From the NCBI GenBank assembly GCA_963827525.1, contig CAWHBH010000001.1, positions 1,863 to 65,862 on the forward strand: a DNA stretch of 64,000 nt, given 5' to 3'. This document shows, piece by piece, positions 63,532-64,000 of this stretch. Every line of letters starts with the position of its first letter. The stretch's first letter is position 1. This DNA is from an uncultured Thermoleophilia bacterium. Lineage in GTDB: Bacteria; Actinomycetota; Thermoleophilia; Gaiellales; Gaiellaceae. A program made the position numbers and the translations under genes. Below the pieces are notes generated by a model. That model had not been told where the DNA came from. It did not search any database and saw only the letters and a program-made list of their open reading frames with translations.

Positions 63532-64000
63532 CCGTCGCTCCTGTACCACTGCCGCGGCGTCTCGCATCGCTCGTGCGGATCGAACACACCGTGTTCGCGC
63601 TTCCCTTCGCTTACGTCGGCGCGTTCCTGGCGGTCGACGGCTGGCCCGGACTCGCAAATATCGTCTGGGTAACGGTCGCCATGGTCGGGGCGCGGACGCT
63701 TGCGATGGCGCTGAACCGGCTCATCGACGCCGAGCTCGACGCGCGCAACCCGCGCACAGCAATCCGTGAGCTTCCCAGCGGGGCTCTCACGCGTGTCCAG
63801 GTACTCGGTCTTTCCGTTGCGGCGCTCGCCGTGTTCCTCGTCGCCGTCTCGCAGCTCGACCCGATCGTGCGCTGGTTGTGGCCGATACCCGTCGCGATGT
63901 TCGTCGTCTACCCGTACCTGAAACGGTTCACCTGGCTCTGCCATGTCTGGCTCGGCGCCTGTCTCGGGCTCGCTCCGATCGGTGCGTGGCTCGCCGTCTC
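63528..64000 (+). CDS. UbiA-family aromatic prenyltransferase, 3' end outside the window
   Basis: GTG 63528 overlaps the mogA stop (GTGA). ..VRIEHTVFALPFAY.., NRLIDAELDARNPRT (NxxxDxxxD motif). Frame is open to the window edge. Confidence 0.7.
   Translation, partial: MTVAPVPLPRRLASLVRIEHTVFALPFAYVGAFLAVDGWPGLANIVWVTVAMVGARTLAMALNRLIDAELDARNPRTAIRELPSGALTRVQVLGLSVAALAVFLVAVSQLDPIVRWLWPIPVAMFVVYPYLKRFTWLCHVWLGACLGLAPIGAWLAV

Overview
GC-rich (about two-thirds G+C by eye, not computed) bacterial chromosomal segment with Actinobacteria-like gene content. It spans the replication-origin neighbourhood. On the minus strand, gyrA-gyrB-DUF721(dciA-like)-recF-dnaN-dnaA; on the plus strand, rpmH-rnpA-yidD-yidC-jag-rsmG-(gene remnant)-parA-parB. 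The two sets diverge at about 48.5 kb, where the dnaA/rpmH spacer holds a dense DnaA-box cluster and a short AT-rich stretch (candidate oriC). Left of the origin: envelope-sugar genes (WbpA/B/D-like, rfbA-C-D-B), secreted wall-remodelling enzymes (S8 protease, SpoIID, M23 peptidase, PGRP-type amidase), DNA-repair genes (PolX, LigD, MrfA-like helicase), a YCII-YCII-ECF42 sigma module, accD/accA, a fabZ-fabH-fabD-fabG-fabF operon and NfeD/stomatin. Right of the origin: tRNA-Ile, a class A PBP, a two-component system and molybdopterin genes. I saw no transposase, integrase, CRISPR array, rRNA or obvious defence island. Genes are tightly packed, with at least 18 four-base start/stop overlaps (GTGA/ATGA) and many GTG starts. 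Observations I rate highest: (1) two near-identical copies of a hairpin-rich ~160-170 nt repeat sitting between cistrons or in an operon leader, co-oriented with the operons, with strand-specific G-U signatures. It looks like a MIRU-like element or structured RNA that I cannot assign to a known family. (2) About 15 frame disruptions in otherwise well-conserved genes, 14 of them +1 (one extra base). Base-calling error is the most likely cause, so pseudogene calls are provisional. (3) A terminator-like hairpin whose U-tract abuts the gyrB start codon. (4) The same DnaA-box-like motif (CCTGTGGAA/T) found at the origin occurs three times upstream of ligD. (5) An arginase-fold protein with an N-terminal zinc ribbon and a Cys-substituted metal motif. 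(6) recF has only a CTG available as start. All family assignments come from reading the translations. No database search was run.
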